Source: Candidatus Actinomarina sp. (GTDB taxonomy: Bacteria > Actinomycetota > Acidimicrobiia > Actinomarinales > Actinomarinaceae). Taken from it: 64,000 nucleotides of DNA. Of the stretch, positions 60,792 through 64,000 are shown piece by piece. The notes beneath the pieces are model-generated. The model saw nothing but the letters and a program-made list of their open reading frames with translations, had not been told where the DNA came from and searched no databases. A program made the position numbers and the translations under genes. Position 1 is the stretch's first letter, and each line of letters begins with the position of its first letter. The DNA is taken from positions 608,841 to 672,840 of the forward strand of contig JAYQSV010000001.1 in assembly GCA_038147085.1 (NCBI GenBank), read 5' to 3'.

Positions 60792-61229
60792 ATGCTTAAA
60801 AATATAACTTCTATACTTTTATTTTTATTTTTTATTTCTTGTACAAATGAACCAGTAACGATATCCGGTATAGAATCTAAATCTCTCGAAGAGTACATAT
60901 TAAATGGTGAAAAAATATACACAGCAAATTGTATTGAGTGTCATAAATCAAATCTAGAAGGAGCAGATAATTGGAAATCTGGAAAAGATGTCGATGGTCA
61001 CAGACTACCACCACCAATAAACGGTACGGGCCATGCATGGCATCATTCTCCAGAACAGTTGTTTAATACAATTAAATATGGTTTAGTTTATTTTGATCTC
61101 AAATATGAAGGAAAAATGAACGGTTTTGAAAAGCTGAGCGATGATGAAATCTGGATGGTAATTGAGTTTATATATTCTAAGTGGCCAGAAGATATTAAAA
61201 ATATATATAATGAAAATTTTTTAGAGTAA
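60792..61229 (+). CDS. Class I c-type cytochrome, lipoprotein
   Basis: FISC lipobox, CIECH heme motif, GHAWHH and distal Met (KMNGF). Confidence 0.88.
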   Translation: MLKNITSILLFLFFISCTNEPVTISGIESKSLEEYILNGEKIYTANCIECHKSNLEGADNWKSGKDVDGHRLPPPINGTGHAWHHSPEQLFNTIKYGLVYFDLKYEGKMNGFEKLSDDEIWMVIEFIYSKWPEDIKNIYNENFLE

Positions 61230-61245
61230 GCTTACAATATTTTCT

Positions 61246-61743
61246 ATGGAGACTCCAAAATACCCTAATCCATCCCTAGATTTCAAAATTGATTTATTAA
61301 ATCATCTCAATTACGCAAGAGATTATGTGATTTTTAAAGTTAAGGGAACTTCTTATGAAAGCGGTATTAAAAAGCTTGGTCACACTAATACATCGATATT
61401 TGGTGTGATACAACACTTAACGTATACAGATGAATATTGGATTAAAAACATATTTAACGGAGAAGATGTATGGGGTCCTTGGAGTGATGATAATCCAGAT
61501 GCAGATTATCAAATAAATTCTGACGAGACTGCTGACACGCTAATAGATAAATATATAAAAATTATTAAAGAAACGAATGAAATAATAAATAATAATAATC
61601 TGGAGCAATTAGCTGCCAGTAAACGTGAAAATGGGACTCATCCAACACTTTATTGGATAATTCTTCATTTAATCGATCATACTGCTAGTCATAACGGTCA
61701 GCTAGAAATTTATAAAGAGATCATTGATAAAAAAACTTATTAA
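61246..61743 (+). CDS. DinB/DUF664 family protein
   Basis: IQHL...EYW and LYWIILHLIDHTASHNGQ. Confidence 0.85.
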   Translation: METPKYPNPSLDFKIDLLNHLNYARDYVIFKVKGTSYESGIKKLGHTNTSIFGVIQHLTYTDEYWIKNIFNGEDVWGPWSDDNPDADYQINSDETADTLIDKYIKIIKETNEIINNNNLEQLAASKRENGTHPTLYWIILHLIDHTASHNGQLEIYKEIIDKKTY

Positions 61744-61779
61744 ATACTCATAAAATATTTATTAACATAGTCTTTATTC

Positions 61780-63117
61780 ATGGATTTTTTCGATATTGCA
61801 TTACTACTTATAACTTTTGAACTAATTTTTCATAGATTTATATCAGAGAAAGTATTTTTATACTCACTATATTTGGGTGTAGTTACAGTATTAGCCCAAT
61901 TTTTTGCTGTTGGATATAAATGGCAGTATATGCCTCTATATTTTATTATCATTATTTTTTCTATAAAATATACATTCCAATTTGCTCTCTCTAATAAGAT
62001 TTTAAAGTTTTTTAGTATGATGTTCTTCTTAATTCTCTTTTTTTTATCAGGAATATTAATTTATTTCCTACCAGTACCTGAATTTTCAAATGAGAATGGT
62101 GAATATTCAGTAGGCATTCAACAAATTATAATTGATCTTGATAAAGAAAACCCCAATGCATTTGTAGAAATAAGTACTTTAGATCCTAAATCAAAGCGAA
62201 GTTTACCCGTTGATATTTATTATCCTTCTAATGAATCAACAGAGCCAATTCAGTTAGTTCGTAGTAGTCAGAGTAACTGGGGACAATCTGTTGTTAAATA
62301 TTTAAACCGTGCATGGGAAATCGCAATTCCAGAGTTTATTTTAAATCACTTACAACTCTCATCATTTAACGTAGGTGTTGAAATTGAACCAATAAGTAAC
62401 ACCTTACCAATATTGGTCTATTCACATGGATGGGCTGGTGAAAAAATTTTTGCTGCAGATCAGTTAATGAATTTAGCAGCTAATGGCTACTACGTAATAG
62501 CAATTGATCATACTGGACTTGCAATGTTTAGCGATTTACCAACCGGAACTGTTTTTAATACAGGTTCTTCAGAACAATCTTCAGATGTTGTAGAAGTTAT
62601 GGATGCAATGGCGACTGATATTGAAGATACAATTAAATTTTTGCAAGATAAAGACTTTAATGCAGATTTTAATAATATTTCTGTGATGGGACATTCAACT
62701 GGAGCTGGAGCTATTCATCTCTATTGTCTTGAAAATAACTGTAAAACATTAATTTTTCAAGATCCTTTCCTTACACCTATATATGAAAAATATGGTTCAT
62801 TTGAAGTGCTTAACAATACATATTTTATTTATAGCGAGGATTGGTACTCAGGATATTTAGATTCAGAAGATATTACTGAGATCGGAGTTTTCAATAGTAT
62901 TAAATCTGATAAAAATTATGTTGGTTATTACTTAAGTGACTCTAAACATTATGATTTTGTTGCATTTGGCTCTGTAAGTCCTCTAACTAGTTACACATTC
63001 TTAAAAGGCTCAATAGATTACAAAGACTCTGTTACTACAAATAACTATTTTAATTTACAAGCAATAAAAAATGTTTCAATCCAAGAAACAGCATTTTTAC
63101 ACAAAATTAATAATTAA
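61780..63117 (+). CDS. Membrane-anchored alpha/beta hydrolase (PAF-AH-like)
   Basis: N-terminal TMs, YSHGW, IAIDH, GHSTG nucleophile elbow and HYDF. Confidence 0.85.
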   Translation: MDFFDIALLLITFELIFHRFISEKVFLYSLYLGVVTVLAQFFAVGYKWQYMPLYFIIIIFSIKYTFQFALSNKILKFFSMMFFLILFFLSGILIYFLPVPEFSNENGEYSVGIQQIIIDLDKENPNAFVEISTLDPKSKRSLPVDIYYPSNESTEPIQLVRSSQSNWGQSVVKYLNRAWEIAIPEFILNHLQLSSFNVGVEIEPISNTLPILVYSHGWAGEKIFAADQLMNLAANGYYVIAIDHTGLAMFSDLPTGTVFNTGSSEQSSDVVEVMDAMATDIEDTIKFLQDKDFNADFNNISVMGHSTGAGAIHLYCLENNCKTLIFQDPFLTPIYEKYGSFEVLNNTYFIYSEDWYSGYLDSEDITEIGVFNSIKSDKNYVGYYLSDSKHYDFVAFGSVSPLTSYTFLKGSIDYKDSVTTNNYFNLQAIKNVSIQETAFLHKINN

Positions 63118-63392
63118 TGAAATTAGAAGGAACTGCTTTTCAAATACTTGTCTGGAAAGAAATTGCAAAAATTCCATATGGAGAGACAAGAACCTATAAG
63201 GAACTTGCTCGAGCGATAGGGAGACCAAAAAGTGCAAGAGCTGTAGCAAATGCATGTGGTAAAAATCCTTATGCTCCAACTATTCCATGTCATAGAGTTA
63301 TCAGATCTGATGGAAAACTTGGTGGCTATAGCGGAAAAGGTGGAATTAATACAAAAAAGAAACTACTAAAACTTGAAGGATTTAAATTTTAA
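63117..63392 (+). CDS. Minimal O6-alkylguanine-DNA alkyltransferase (C-terminal domain only)
   Basis: IPYGETRTY, ARAVANAC and IPCHRV active site. Confidence 0.92.
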   Translation: MKLEGTAFQILVWKEIAKIPYGETRTYKELARAIGRPKSARAVANACGKNPYAPTIPCHRVIRSDGKLGGYSGKGGINTKKKLLKLEGFKF

Positions 63393-63397
63393 ATAAT

Positions 63398-64000
63398 TTA
63401 AGTTTTTACGTTTAAATTTGATTTTCTTAAACGAATTGATTTTGGTGTAATTTCTACAAATTCATCATCACTAATAAATTCAAGACATTGATCTAATGAC
63501 ATTAGCTGAGGTGGACGTAGTGGAATTGTCTCGTCAGATCCTGAAGCCCTATGGTTAGTTAATTTCTTTTCTTTAGTTATATTAACAACTAAGTCTCCTT
63601 CATTATTCCTCTCACCAACAATCATTCCTTTATAAACCATTGTTCCAGGCGGAACAAATAAAATTCCTCTATCAGCCATAGCTAAGCTTGCATATGAAGT
63701 AACTTTGCCATCTCTATCAGAGACCAATACACCATTTGAACGTTGAGGAATTTCACCTTTCCATGGTTCATATCCATCAAATAATGTATTCATTATGCCA
63801 GAGCCTCTAGTCTCTGTTAAAAAATGATTTCTAAAGCCAATCAAACCTCTTGAGGGAATTTTGAATTCTAGAGTTGCTCTACCAAATCCATTATTCATTA
63901 AAGTAACCATTTTTCCTTTTCGTTGTGAAAGGTTTTTAGTTACTGTACCGACATACTCTTCAGGTACATCAATAAAAACATGTTCGATAGGTTCATTTTT
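63398..64000 (-). CDS. typA: Translational GTPase TypA/BipA, C-terminal part (5' end outside window)
   Basis: IPSRGLIGFR, KKLTNHRASG.D and VEITPKSIRLRK. Confidence 0.97.
   Translation of the reverse strand, partial: KNEPIEHVFIDVPEEYVGTVTKNLSQRKGKMVTLMNNGFGRATLEFKIPSRGLIGFRNHFLTETRGSGIMNTLFDGYEPWKGEIPQRSNGVLVSDRDGKVTSYASLAMADRGILFVPPGTMVYKGMIVGERNNEGDLVVNITKEKKLTNHRASGSDETIPLRPPQLMSLDQCLEFISDDEFVEITPKSIRLRKSNLNVKT

Noticed and set aside
1-64000. CRISPR array, rRNA or tRNA genes, IS element, integrase or prophage
   Set aside because: I found no spaced direct repeats, no long GC-rich RNA-like tracts and no recombinase, transposase or phage structural ORFs. The similarity at 40.2-42.3 kb is paralogy between the DUF3048 genes.

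Overview
This is a very AT-rich, densely packed chromosome segment from a streamlined actinobacterium. Actinobacterial markers include the RpoZ sequence, mIHF, the pgsA-patA-pimA cluster and F420/LLM enzymes, and the overall picture fits marine Acidimicrobiia of the Ca. Actinomarina type; this assignment is inference. Bases 1-33.4 kb form an almost uninterrupted minus-strand housekeeping run (thrS, PIM lipid genes, pdxST, yebC, queA/tgt, yajC-secDF, rel, hisS/aspS/alaS, ruvX-mltG, efp-nusB, mihF-gmk-rpoZ-coaBC-priA-def-fmt-rpe-rib, infC-rpmI-rplT-pheST). Several genes normally found in this gene order are missing at clean junctions. Bases 33.5-64 kb hold metabolic and accessory genes: two LLM oxidoreductases, an ABC-2 exporter, a DUF3048 pair, glycine cleavage, glpK with a GH1 glycosidase, cspA, a decayed membrane-protein gene, ClC, cytochrome c, DinB, a hydrolase, a minimal Ogt and typA. 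The main observations are: (1) a small Hjc/phage-type PD-(D/E)xK resolvase sits where ruvCAB normally lies, and PriA has no helicase or Zn motifs; (2) an unrecognised attenuator-like leader RNA precedes the ABC-2 operon; (3) there is a candidate two-hairpin sRNA near 57.9 kb; (4) leaderless TANNNT-N6/7-ATG starts are pervasive; (5) infC has an L20-type leader and a probable ATA start. Eight single-base insertions break genes, several of them essential, and are most likely consensus errors. I saw no tRNA, rRNA, CRISPR array, integrase or transposase.
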